A stretch of DNA of 64,000 nt. It comes from Haliotis rubra (lineage: Eukaryota). The notes beneath the pieces are model-generated. The model was not told the origin of the DNA. It saw only the letters and a program-made list of their open reading frames with translations, and did no database searches. Both the position numbers and the translations under genes were made by a program. Position 1 is the stretch's first letter. Each line of letters starts with the position of its first letter. The stretch covers positions 310,001-374,000 of the forward strand of contig NW_025765015.1 in NCBI RefSeq assembly GCF_003918875.1, given 5' to 3'. This document shows positions 52,501 to 64,000 of the stretch, piece after piece.

Positions 52501-55500
52501 GACTTACTGAAGACGATCGGCCAGAGTTGATAAAATCAAGAATCATTCAAGATAGTTTATTGTACATAAGGCCCCGACCCGTTTCCATAATATCATAATC
52601 ACAGGCAAAGTATGGACAGTGCAAGTAGTGACAGTATCATATCATTGTGTCATTAGTTGCCGGAAGAAGTCAAACTCTTTCTTAATGTCAATGAACGTGC
52701 TGCTGATATACTGGGTGTCCTGGAATATTTTGAGTAATTAAACTAATATGGATAATATAGACAATGAAACATTCGGGATCCTAGTGGGAATATATTTACG
52801 ATGTTGTGCCTTAAATACATATATGGAATCGTGTGTATTTAATCATGATTTTGTTTTGTTTTCTAGATCTCACAGCAGATGTCGTAGTTCTTCACGTGAG
52901 TAGAACCAGGGATCACTTTCGTTGATATTGTTGGTGCGGGATGAGATGTCGGGAAAATAGCATGGCCTCGTTGGGTTGTACGAAACACAGAACATGTTTG
53001 GTTAACACGTTACATGCCCTGAAAATCCGGTTTTGAAAACACAACAAAACGGCCGCGGTATCAACATGTCGTTGGACATGTTTGAGTGGATGGGTATTCG
53101 ATAACATAATCTCTTCATGTTCTGTCTGATTTTGATGTTCTGATTATGTGTTCTCTGCAACCACAGGAAGATCCCCCACAAGATCCCCTACAAGATCCCC
53201 CACAACACAGGGTACAACTACAACAGATGGCGCCATCACCACGGGTGCCGATACAACCACACACACATTAACTGGTACCTCCCCAAACACGAGTACAACC
53301 GTGGCCACAAGCAAACCAACCACCACGGGAAGACCCCCAGGTATTGCCTTTGTGACATGGTGTACAAGCTGGGATACAACCTCTATAGTATATTAGCTAA
53401 AACATATCTCAAGAACTTGTCGTAAACTAGTAATAATTAATCATATAGTATTATGACAAATATTTTCATACATATATATAATTCATGTGGATATACGTAG
53501 TGTGTTCAGCTGGTTTGATGGGATAGCGATACGTATGAACTAAATGTATTAAAGAAATGATAATACCTCTTATGTTAACTTGCCCATGTCCATATGCAGC
53601 TGATGCCTCCCCTAAAAATGGCCATGTAGTAGGCGGAGCTGTTGGTGGTCTCGTCGGAGGTGTCGCCATTACTGTTATCCTCTTTCTACTCTGGCGTTTC
53701 TTCCGAGCTAAGAAAAGGTACTGGTAACAAAACACAAAGTCCTTTAAAAACTGGCATGATGGTAGACTGACTGACTGAGTTTGGTTTTACGCCGCTTTTA
53801 GCAATATTCCAGCAATATCACGGCGGGGGACACCAGAAATGGGCTTCACTCATTGTACCCATGTGGGGATTCGAACCCGGGTCTTCGGCGTGACGAGCCA
53901 ACGCTTTAACCACTAGGCTACCCCACAGCACCGGCATGATGGTAGAACTGTAGAGGGTCCGTGGTTCGAATCCCAGCACGGGACTTTCGTGTGATTATTT
54001 AATAGGAGCCAAACAGGTCTGAGTACCATGCCTTCTGTTGACGGGGAAGTATGTAGCTGGTCGTGGGGTCATCCAACAGATGACATCCTTATCTTGTCAG
54101 CTTGCTGATAGGGTTAATCTCTTTGGTCATACGGACAAGGCGCCTGATAAAGGATCAGAAGATCCGTGGTTTGAAACTTTATGGCCACTATACTCTGTCT
54201 CACAGTCCCTCAACCATACTAATTTCCCTACAGTCTAGCCCTAAAGACGTCAATGAAGCAAGTCTGGAGATAGGACAGGGCTTAACACGAGGGCCAATAA
54301 ATATGCCTGTCACTTATACCGGTGACTTCTAATTGATGACCCCAACACGTGTAGCCCCAATGCAGGTGGTTTTTGTCTCTGAATCTCTGGTCTCCCTCGG
54401 GCTCCTTTTCAATTTAAATGGGTTAATTTGTTACAATCAAAATCATATATTTAGAGACTAAGCGCTAGTCTATGACCAGCACCAACACCACGTATGTTCT
54501 ATATCCATGGATATAGTGTCTTGGTGTTTTCTGGCGTATGAGTGCTCTTCCACCATATCAGGAACCTGAGCCAGGAAATTCAAAATAGCTCATGACCGAA
54601 GTGTTGTCAGACAAAAACACATTGTAAACGAGAGCTGAAAGTGAAGCATTTCTTACAGAGAATAACATACCAGGCATAATAATTGTTTGATCGGCATTCT
54701 AGAAGTTGGTGGGTCAAAAATGAAACATACAACTTTATGGATGACAAGAAGTTGTATGTTTCCTTGTTTTATACCAGGCATTGTTGTTGTTGACTCGTGA
54801 TCTAACCTGAGTGAGTTGGAGTTGTCATAGACAGCTACTCACAGAGGGTCCCTTACGGTATGAGCACTTCTTAATGCGACCCGCGAAGATCCGGGTTAAA
54901 ATTAGTCTTCACCAAACAGTGTTTGTCCTAAGAGACGACTTACGGGATCGGGAGGTCAGGCTCGTTGATGTCATCGGATTCCAGACTCGATTATTCACAA
55001 ACCGTCGTCATATAGCTCCAATATTGCTGAGTGTGGCGTTAAGCAATAAACAAAAACTTGTTATGATTATTTTATTCGTATGATTTACATGGGTCTTGCT
55101 GCATCTGTTTGGTTTTCTTGAACAAACAAAACAAAAGCTTGAACAACACTGCTTTATGTGACCAACATTGCTGTTACAGAAGAGGAGACCGACCGAAGGA
55201 AGGAGAGACAGAAAACCCTCACACATACATGGGATTAGTAAGTTATGTCTTATTTATATTAATATTATTTTGTTTATCTATATATCATATCACCATCTGG
55301 ATCATGGGAGTTAGTGGCACCGTATCCATGTGTGTCATGTCATTGCTGTGGAGGAAGCGTGAAGTAGGAGAACATACATGGTCTTGTCTGTAGAACATCT
55401 ATGGGTCTTTTTCTAAACTTTCTCCCCCGCTTCACATCGCAAAGCTCCAGGACATCTAGGTAGAAAGTAAAGGGAAACTGAATCCTGCATATATTTTGAT

Positions 55501-56358
55501 GACTGATCAGTATTCTTTCCCACAGGTTGTTCTCAATATCCACTTCATTGGTTAATACCTGTAATTTTGTGGATGTAAATCTATAACTCACCATTCATAT
55601 GTAATGCCTTCCTTTCCCAGATTTACACCAACAACCCCAGCAGTTTGGTGATGTCCACAGTCCCGGATGTAATCATGGTGTCGCCAGCGCAACTCGCCCC
55701 CAATGAGGCGGAAGCTGAGTATAATGTTATTCAAGAGGAAGAAAATTACCAGTTGGCAAAGAAGATGGTTTCTGCCTCTAAGCAGGCAGATTACGCAGAA
55801 ATCCCGGACACACAGAAGAGCGGTACATCACAACCTGCTGCTGAATATTTTGTCCTGGAGGAAGATGGCCACACAAGTGACGATTTAAACAGACTAAGAA
55901 ACGCTGCGACTCCGACTGGAGGAAAGGATACATACAACAGACTGGGAGACGACACTGCTTCGACACCGACTGATATGAAGGGTACATACAACAGACTGGG
56001 AGACGACACTGCTTCGACGCCGACTGATATGAAGGGTACATACAACAGACTGGGAGACGACACTGCTTCGACACCGACTGATATGAAGGGTACATACAAC
56101 AGACTGGGAGACGACACTGCTTCGACGCCGACTGATATGAAGGGTACATACAACAGACTGGGAGACGACACTGCTTCGACGCCGACTGATATGAAGGGTA
56201 CATACAACAGACTGGGAGACGACACTGCTTCGACGCCGACTGATATGAAGGGTACATACAACAGACTGGGAGACGACACTGCTTCGACGCCGACTGATAT
56301 GAAGGGTACATACAACAGACTGGGAGACGACACTGCTTCGACGCCGACTGATGTATAG
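46058..56358 (+). CDS. Receptor paralog D: microexon ectodomain, Thr-rich stalk, TM and tail with 8x 18-aa YNRL repeat; N-terminus unresolved
   Basis: Phase-compatible exons 46058-46089, 46584-46611, 47079-47107, 50621-50648, 52867-52895, 53167-53340 (Thr-rich), TM 53600-53717 (VVGGAVGGLVGGVAITVILFLLWRFFR), 55180-55237, 55621-56358. The frame stays open past the TAG to a TAA at 56478. The 5' microexons are less certain than the 3' half. Confidence 0.72.
46478..46557. repeat. (TG)n(AG)n microsatellite
   Basis: Direct observation. Confidence 0.95.
47406..48935 (-). mobile_element. Tc1/mariner DNA transposon, copy 1 (DD34E-type, defective)
   Basis: TA flanks; TIR AACTCTGTCAAAAAAAGAAACGCAACCCCTGT; HTH, FSDESRF, QRDNARPH, SPDLNPIEHLW; frameshift and TGA in the WPSKSPDL motif. 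Confidence 0.95.
49491..49700. mobile_element. MITE / foldback with ~85-bp inverted arms
   Basis: TATCATTAAAATATTGACACAGTTCAC..GTTCGAGAA mirrored at 49622-49700. Confidence 0.85.
50783..52436 (+). mobile_element. SINE family S2 split by a Tc1 insertion
   Basis: tRNA-like head at 50785, (CACCT)n tail, TSD TAAGGCACC. Confidence 0.85.
51020..52292 (+). mobile_element. Degenerate Tc1-like transposon nested in a SINE
   Basis: TIRs TAGTATGACCAGAAATTATTGAGAATTT / AAATTCTCAATAATTTCTGGTTGTACTG with TA flanks; FSDES, FQQDNDPKH, WPSYSPDLNPIENVW. Confidence 0.9.
53767..53932 (-). mobile_element. SINE family S1
   Basis: 14-bp TSD GGCATGATGGTAGA. Confidence 0.85.
55621..56358 (+). CDS. Terminal cytoplasmic exon of paralog D
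   Basis: Acceptor CTTTCCCAG at 55620, in frame with ORF 55645-56358; YNVI, YAEI, YFVL and 8x YNRL. Confidence 0.82.
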   Translation: MYTNNPSSLVMSTVPDVIMVSPAQLAPNEAEAEYNVIQEEENYQLAKKMVSASKQADYAEIPDTQKSGTSQPAAEYFVLEEDGHTSDDLNRLRNAATPTGGKDTYNRLGDDTASTPTDMKGTYNRLGDDTASTPTDMKGTYNRLGDDTASTPTDMKGTYNRLGDDTASTPTDMKGTYNRLGDDTASTPTDMKGTYNRLGDDTASTPTDMKGTYNRLGDDTASTPTDMKGTYNRLGDDTASTPTDV

Positions 56359-56376
56359 GATACATACAACAGATTG
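55930..56376 (+). repeat. Coding 54-bp tandem repeat x8 plus the start of a 9th
   Basis: TYNRLGDDTASTPTDMKG; starts 55930, 55984 .. 56308, 56362. Confidence 0.95.
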
Positions 56377-56464
56377 AGTACAATCGATCAGGACAATAAA
56401 GACATTAAACAACCGGAACCAAACGGACGGGAGCAGATTACTTCTGACCAAGTTATACCCTCAG

Positions 56465-57110
56465 ACACCAAGTTCTAATCTCCGTACACCAAGATTTACC
56501 CTCTAACACCAAGTTTTAACCTCTAACACCAAGTTCTAATCTCCATACACCAAGATTTACCCTCTAACACCAAGTTTTAACCTCTAACACCAAGTTCTAA
56601 TCTCCATACACCAAGTTTTACCCTCTAACACCAAGTTTTACCCTGTAACACCAAGTTTTAACCTCTAACACCAAGTTCTAATCTCCATACACCAAGATTT
56701 ACCCTCTAACACCACGTTTTAACCTCTAACACCAAGTTCTAATCTCCATACACCAAGTTTTACCCTCTAACACCAAGTTCTAATCTCCATACACCAAGAT
56801 TTACCCTCTAACACCAAGTTTTAACCTCTAACACCAAGTTCTAATCTCCATACACCAAGTTTTACCCTCTTACACCAAGTTCTAATCTGCATACACCAAG
56901 TTTTACCCTCTAACACCAAGTTCTAATCTCCATACACCAAGTTTTACCCTCTAACTTCAAGTTCTAATCTCCGTACACCAAGTTTTAACCTCTAACACCA
57001 AGTTTTACCCTCTAACACCAAGTTCTAATCTCCGTACACCACGTTTTAACCTCTAACACCAAGTTCTAATCTCCATACACCAAGTTTAACCCTCGAACAC
57101 CAAGTCCTAC
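56465..57110. repeat. 20/21-bp minisatellite in the 3' region of paralog D
   Basis: ACACCAAGTTCTAATCTCCAT / ACACCAAGTTTTAACCTCTA units. Confidence 0.92.
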
Positions 57111-58782
57111 CCTCAACCATTTCATACCCTCAAACACCAAGTAATTCCCACCAACACTCAGTCATACCTTCTAACGCAAAACGACTTCACACTAAGGATT
57201 TGAGCAAGGTAGTATGACACAAAGGAAACGTTCTTTGTCAACCTATATATTAGATAAAACAAAAGCCACTCCATCCGATGCTTTTGATGTATGATAATAA
57301 GTGTAGTTTAACTATTTCTCTTTAATTTAAAATTTGAAACATTTTTATGATCATTGTGTATATCATGCTGTCTGTAGAATATACTCCCGGGTTCCCCTGC
57401 TTTGAAAGCTACATTGATGCCCCTTATATTATGTAGGTAACTGATAAATAAGCCAAGTAGGCCCGAAGGAAAATATCACTTTGTTTACTACCTGCAAGTT
57501 ATTTTCTCGTTAGAGTGTTGTTGTTATTATTTGCTTGCATCCAGCTCACTTATACTGTGTAACATAGCCATACATACTGTTTCTTCTACAGTTTTTGTTA
57601 CAACACACCATCATTTGATTATTTGTTCAATGTGTACCCATATTCATTAGAATGTGAAAAACGTAATAATGTCTCATATCAAAAGCAATAAAATCTCACC
57701 TGCCTAATCTTTGTTTGAATATTATTTATACACATTGTTTAACTATAACAATCCGCGTTTTATGTGTCATAGTTTCGAAACAAGTAATCTACATGGGATA
57801 ATTGTAATCTCCACATGGATAACCTCTGATGCTGGTGGCTGTCTATACATTATCATGTGTACAATGGTAATAACGACATCTACAGATATTGAAGCAACTA
57901 CCCGACGTTTACGCCTGCAGTTGAAGCAGGTGTGTGTGTTTGTTTACACACTCCATTTAACAACAACAATCTGCAAAAATCGATTGATACGCTCTCAGGA
58001 CTTTCAGGCATATCATGGCCTGTCAATATGTGGAATAAAAACATTTCGATAATCATATGACATGTCTTTTGAAAGCAGAGCTCATTGTACCAGTGCGGTT
58101 ACACCATACGCCTGATGCTTATGAATCACTATCAAGAGTCAATGGTCAAACACATTTACCAGATGAAACCTACATGTACCAGCACGGACAGGTGCCGACA
58201 GTGCAAATGTCTTAATCAGGACCAGCCTGGGACTCGAACACACGTCCAAAGAAGCGTTGCATGGTAAGGGACGTAACTCCAGCCAGCCTTCCCAACACTT
58301 CCTTCAGGCAGGTGGAGTATGTTCAGTCAAATTAAGTTAAAATCTGATGTCATTCGATATATGAAACTTAACACGCATTGTGCAGGAAAACATGGGTCTG
58401 TCGACAGCCCGTGGTTTTTAAACAAGTCGCCAATAACGCATTTGATGTATATATTCTATATCAGAATATTTTATCAAACATTGTGAAATCTGTTTCCGAG
58501 CACATGCGATACTACTTCACCGGTCACAAAGAACGTTAGCAGTCTCTAATACTATCGTGTGTAAAGGAAAACACGCCGATAAATAGTCATACTTCCGGGT
58601 TGGTTCCGTTGGCAATGTGCCAGCAGGCTAATTTCACCACTACATCTACAAGGTAATGGGGAATATAACTATAGGGTTAGTCCTCTGAGTCCATGAAATA
58701 TGTAAATGTGAACTTCAGCCATATTGAAGTTGATTATGATGGACAGCAATAGAATACCATATCAAGCCTATTGTATGCTTAA

Positions 58783-58990
58783 GTTAGTTTAGTTTGACGC
58801 CGCACTCAGTAACATTCCAGCTATATGGCGGCGATCTGTAAATAATCGAGTCTGAACCAGACAAGCCAGTGATCAACAGCATGAGCATCGATCTGCGCAA
58901 TTGGAAACTGATGACATGTGTCAACCAAGTCGCCTCTTACGACAAGCATGGGTTACTGAAGATCAATATTCTAATCCGGACCTTCACGGG
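58783..58990 (-). mobile_element. SINE-like family S3
   Basis: Homolog of 1-253; further copies ~29010-29145, 33278-33430, 54879-55055, 63388-63500. Confidence 0.75.
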
Positions 58991-59289
58991 TATGCTTAAG
59001 ACACATGGTGATGCATGGGGAATTACATGGGCATCGCATACTAGAAATATGGTTTTGGTATTTTATGGACAAGTCAGGACATAGGAAATAAAAACTGTTT
59101 ATCTCACTTTTTAAGCAGAGATTGTTTGATTGTTTGAACCAAGATTGGCATCATGCTGTTTCATTTTTTAGCAAATGTCAGACATACTGTCAATTTAAGA
59201 CAATGTTGCAAGTTGAAAGATTACAAACATGATTAGTATTACAGATGTAATAACTTCAAACTTTCAACTGAAACAGGGAGGCATGATAA

Positions 59290-59747
59290 CACACTGTACT
59301 GTAACTGACTTTGTTTATATTGTCATAGCCAAGGCATGTCATTAGTTGAAGATGAGGAGCACTTATTGATGGTTTGTCAACGCTATAAAGATACAAGAAA
59401 TGAATATATTAACCATACCTATATTAGAAACTCGTGTAGGGAAAGTTTAGTAAGACTTATGTCATGTAATTATGTAAATGGTTTGATAAGTATTGCTAAC
59501 ATCTGATAAAGGCTCGTAAAATTAGAAATGCATAAATTAAGTCAACATTCTGCATACTAAGATTTATATGTTATCTTAAGAAGGATATATACTGCCTATA
59601 CACTGTGCACAAATGTTTAATCTTTCAGGAACGCTCTGACAATATTATTGATTGTTACTGGTTTACCAGCATCAAATAAAAACATCAGGAGATGTATTGT
59701 AATGTGGGCCATGACCTTATATACGGAAATATAACTGTCTGTCTGTC
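59290..59747 (+). mobile_element. LINE 3' end fragment related to the 34.7-36.3 kb element
   Basis: CHSQGMSLVEDEEHLLMVCQRYKDTRNEYI zinc-knuckle-like C-terminus and (CTGT)n tail. Confidence 0.6.
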
Positions 59748-59809
59748 GGGTTGGAGAGATTAGAACGACATGTTTCCGGACAGATATGCAGCAGGTCAGG
59801 ATGAAACTA

Positions 59810-61333
59810 AACTCTGTCAAAAAAGAAACGCAACCCCTGTATTTTAGAGATGTTGATCTGAAGTTTTAGGACGACACGGCATTTTTATTATTTAAGACAG
59901 AAGTCTGAAATTTGGCAGAATAATAACCCAGATGGGCATGTTTAAAATTGTCATTTCAAAAGTCATCTCACAGACACCAGTTTGTCACCAGGGGGGCGTC
60001 TTTCTCAGTATCTCGTATGAGCACCACGCGCTGCAATCACTGCACGGCATCTCCTTGACAAGAACGGATAAGACGCCGGATTCTTTCCTGGGGAATGGCT
60101 CTCCACTCTCCTGCAGTGCAACGGCGAGCTGTTGCAGCGTCTGTGGCGGCGGCTGACGTTGACGTACGCGTCGATCCAGAGTATCCCACAGGTGTTCAAT
60201 AGGGTTGAGGTCTGGTGATTTAGAGGGTCATGGCAAGACATTGACGTTGGAATTCTGCAGAAAGTTCATTGTTGCACGTGCAGTATGAGGCCGGGCGTTG
60301 TCCCGTTGAAAATCTGTGTCTGTTGGTCAATAATCGGGAGAAGGTGAAGCTCTAACACGTGGTTGATGTAACGTTGGGCTGTCAGGTTCCCTGGAACGAT
60401 CACCAAGTCTGATTTCTGGTTGTATGAGATGGTTCCCCAAACCATGACGCTTTCTCCGCCAAATCTGTCCACCTGTCGGACGCAGATGGGCGCAAAACGT
60501 TTATGACGTCTCCTATACAGACGCTGTCTTCCGTCGTGACGTTGCAAAAGAAAACGTGATTCATCAGAAAACCAGATTCGCCTCCAGTTTTGTAAAGTCC
60601 GTATCCTTACGTTGTTGCACCACCTGAGTCGTCGGCGTCGATGTAGGGGGCGTAGTACAGGTCCAACAACTGGTCTACAGGCACGTAAACCCGCTTCTTT
60701 CAGACGGTTCCTAATCGTTTGAGCTGACACTCTCCTCAAACCTGGTATTTGTGTGGCAGTCACGGTTGGTAGGGCATGCCGATTACGCAGGTGATGGACC
60801 CGGATGTACCGATCTTGAAGGGGGGTCGTGATTCTTGGCCTTCCACTTCTCGGGCGATCGTTGGTCAAATTGAAGTTGTTGTAGCGGCTCCAAAGTCGGG
60901 ATATCGTTGTTTTGTGAACATTTAGGTGCCGTGCAACAGTTCCAAAACTTTCTCCGGCTTGAACACGACCAATGGCGATATTTCGGTCGGCAGCACTCAA
61001 TCGTGGCATTTTAACACAGCTTTCGGCGACAAATGAATGAATATAATACGGAAGCACATGGGCTTTATACACCCCTACATTAACTGCCATTTTCATGATT
61101 TGCATGTGTTTTTTTTGTGCGAAGTCACCATGAGGGTCATTTCATGCGTTGTGACGGAATAAGCAATAAAATACACTTATGCGTACAAATGCAGTTGTTT
61201 GGATGGTCATCTTCAGTAATTACGTGTATCATTTCAATACATTCGAATAAAATTTAGTTTGGAAGCAATAACTTCATTCAAACGAATTTTTCATATCTGA
61301 GGACAGGGGTTGCGTTTCTTTTTTGACAGAGTT
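59810..61333 (-). mobile_element. Tc1/mariner DNA transposon, copy 2 (near-identical to copy 1)
   Basis: Same TIRs and TA flanks; ORF 60266-61105; same W->TGA stop. Confidence 0.95.
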
Positions 61334-61448
61334 TATATACACACATGTGGAGTGTAAGTCAATCGTTTCTATTAGAAATAATATATATTTTGTTATTAAC
61401 GTAAAAGGGTTAATGGTCAGTTTATTTTAGGGTATAATGGTATAATAT

Positions 61449-62090
61449 ACACTCTTCAAAAAAGAAACGCATATGTGATTTTGAGAATATTGGACTCATA
61501 TAGCTACGGCAAAACAATACAAATATACTATTTCTTTCCAAAACATCATCTTTGTGTGATTGTAAACAGCTTCAGTGCTAACATGCGGCAAATTTAACTT
61601 TTTTCTGGTTTTAGAAGCGTTTGAAGAAAGATTCGCTCAAACGTCATGAAGAAAACATGCAAAGGAAAATGCACGTGCAAGTAAGCGGAAAAGCATGCGG
61701 TATCGATCACTATAAAATGGCAAGCGTTGTGTTTATTTTTGTCTTTAGTTTTTGCCTGGAAAAGAGGAAATCATCCTGCCACTGTGTGCTGCTAATCGAA
61801 ACATCGCAATAGGCCGTCTTGAAGCTGGGGAGTCGCAGTCTGCAGTTGTACGACATTTCAACGTTCATCAGTGCACCATATCTCGCCTTTGGGATCGTTT
61901 CCTGTTTCCCAAACTGTCAGGAATAGATTGGGGGATTCGACCAAGAGACTTAGTTTTGAGATACTTCCATCGGCGCAATCGCTTGCGGTGGTGTCGTAGT
62001 GTCCGGAACTGGAACCTTAGAAAATGGATGCGAGTCTGGTTCAGTGATGAATCACGATGTCCTCATCACCGGGAGATGGAAGACAGCGTG
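61449..62090 (+). mobile_element. Internally deleted Tc1 relic related to copies 1 and 2
   Basis: Left TIR TA-CACTCTTCAAAAAAGAAACGCA; RNIAIGRLEAGESQSAVVRHFNVHQCTISRLW..WFSDESR. Confidence 0.8.
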
Positions 62091-62691
62091 TTTACTGTCC
62101 ACTGTTTACTGAAAAATTAATTTTTTATTATGAGATCAGTTGTCATTGATTAAGTGAATTAATACAGTGATTATGAATATTTACAACAGCGATAAGAACC
62201 CCATTACTATAATCATATTTGTTTTATACAAAACATTTTCAGATTCGTGTCATGTGGAATAATTACGAAATTTTCTGAACCACTGAAACGAATTTACAGG
62301 TAAATGCATGTCAGTTATCAGCTTCAAATTATCTGCATTTGGTGAATTTGGGTGACCAATGAAATGATGACTTAGAATGTCCCACAGATGGGTCCTATCA
62401 TAGGCGAAAACTGATTCATTGGTATGTTTCTAGTCTCAGACACATAACATCAGCACCAAGGGTGAGGTGTCATCTAAAGGCAGCTCAATGACACCCACAG
62501 TCCACGCTGTCAGCATGGTGTCGGGACACCAAGACATGGGTACTAGCCGGACGTTCATGGTCCAGTATCACTTCCCTCGAAGAAGGTTGTGTATATACAC
62601 CTAGACAGACAGGACGGGAGAGACAGTGTCAGACACGTACCTTGGTTTGGTAGGTTGCTGCTGTTGGAGGTACATGTGACACTGGTGTATT

Positions 62692-62835
62692 TGGGGCGGT
62701 GGGGTAGCCAAGTGGTTAAAGTGTTCGCTCGTCAAGGCGAAGACCCGGGTTAGAATCTCCACATGTGTACAATGTGTGAAGCCCATTTCTGGTGTCCCCC
62801 GCCGTGATAATGCTAGAATGTTGCTAAAGGCGGCG
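62692..62835 (+). mobile_element. SINE family S1
   Basis: Homologous head and body. Confidence 0.75.
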
Positions 62836-63824
62836 TGCGTACGTGTGTGCGTGGTTTGTAAATGTATTAGTGTTAGCCCACTGAGATACCGTGCAGTGAT
62901 GTTTTATCCCCTTACTGTCGGTCGCCGCAGGTATTTAGCGACGATGCCAGGCGGTTCTGGACTCTCACGGGGGCTATACAAGATATTGAGAACAGATGAC
63001 CTTCACTTTGACACGTTTCATATGTGCCATGATGAACCTCGGTCAGTGACAATGACTTGTGCCAAATTTGAACCGTTTATTGTGATCTATTGGTTATTTA
63101 TATACATAATACATAAAACATACATCTGAAAAACACTTTTTGCAGAGTGTATGTCTTTCAGGAGTCATTCTAGGTACACACAGATAATGTCAGTGACTGC
63201 TTTGATTTAACCGTTTTATAATTCCATTCCTCAGATCCACAAATACGGTAACGTGTCTATAGATTAGCCCTCCACAGTCCTTGACATGCTGTCGCCGGGA
63301 CAACACACAAACAACGTGGCTGAAGACGATGGCGAGTTTTGCGACTATCAGCTTGCCAAGAAGATACCATTTCCACATGTATACACCGATGCTCATGCTG
63401 TTGATCACTGGATTGTCTGGTCCAGACTCGATTATTTACAGACTGCCGCCATATAGCTGGAATATTGCTGAGTGCGGCGTAAAACTTAACTCACTCACTC
63501 CCCCATTTCCTCATGAGTCTAGCAACAAGGGAGTCTACATATATAGACATAATAGGTGGCAGTTACCCTTGTGGGGTCAGAGCAGGTACAACAACACATG
63601 AACCCGCTTGAAACTTGAACATGGGTTATTCACAGAGAATCTCCCTCTGACATAGATAGTGCATACTTTCATGTTGTTTCGAATGTACAGTCGCCTAACA
63701 TATCAGAACGTCGATAGGTCTCTATTATCTTGCATACACCTTTCTGAAACGCAACCAGTTACAGAGAGATCCTCCGATGCGCACGTAAAATCAGGTAATC
63801 TTACCAGATGTTACCATATACTAC

Positions 63825-63827
<3 letters not shown>

Positions 63828-63908
<81 letters not shown>
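63828..63908. repeat. (TG)n(TCTG)n microsatellite
   Basis: Direct observation. Confidence 0.95.
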
Positions 63909-64000
63909 GGTGTTACTTCGAAGATGAATTTGTCCACCAACTTGGGGGAACCAACTGCAAACCTTATATAGGACGAATTGCACGAGGATCATGCATCAAA

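Noticed and set aside
55778-56451. Three minus-strand repeat ORFs
   Set aside because: Antisense shadows of the 54-bp coding repeat of paralog D
56465-57110. Possible CRISPR-like repeat-spacer array (ACACCAAG core)
   Set aside because: The intervening sequences are themselves two recurring variants, so this is a minisatellite

Overview
AT-rich, intron-containing invertebrate DNA. It is probably a mollusc: the (TGAG)n-tailed SINE set recalls abalone-type gastropods, but this is inference. By chaining phase-compatible GT-AG exons by hand I reconstruct three things. (1) A small secreted protein with two TSP1 domains on the minus strand (2626->287). (2) Head-to-head with it, a tandem array of four paralogous plus-strand single-pass receptor genes: A 4840-13229, B 21666-25106, C 33683-40689, D ~46058-56478. 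They share a microexon/Cys-rich tip, mucin-like stalk, GxxxG transmembrane helix and long tails packed with YxxL/I motifs, many at ITAM spacing. Motif number has been amplified independently by internal tandem repeats, and B appears to lack the stalk and TM exons. (3) A ~2-kb intronless insertion (13534-15600) bounded by an AT-rich imperfect hairpin present in flip and flop orientations and carrying a frameshifted C4HC3 zinc-finger ORF; it resembles an integrated hairpin-ended virus or plasmid-like element. The rest is dense repeat content: seven Tc1-type elements or relics, LINE fragments, three SINE families, several MITEs, an LTR-like segment and minisatellites. Homopolymer indels between near-identical Tc1 copies suggest residual long-read errors, so single-base frameshifts need caution.
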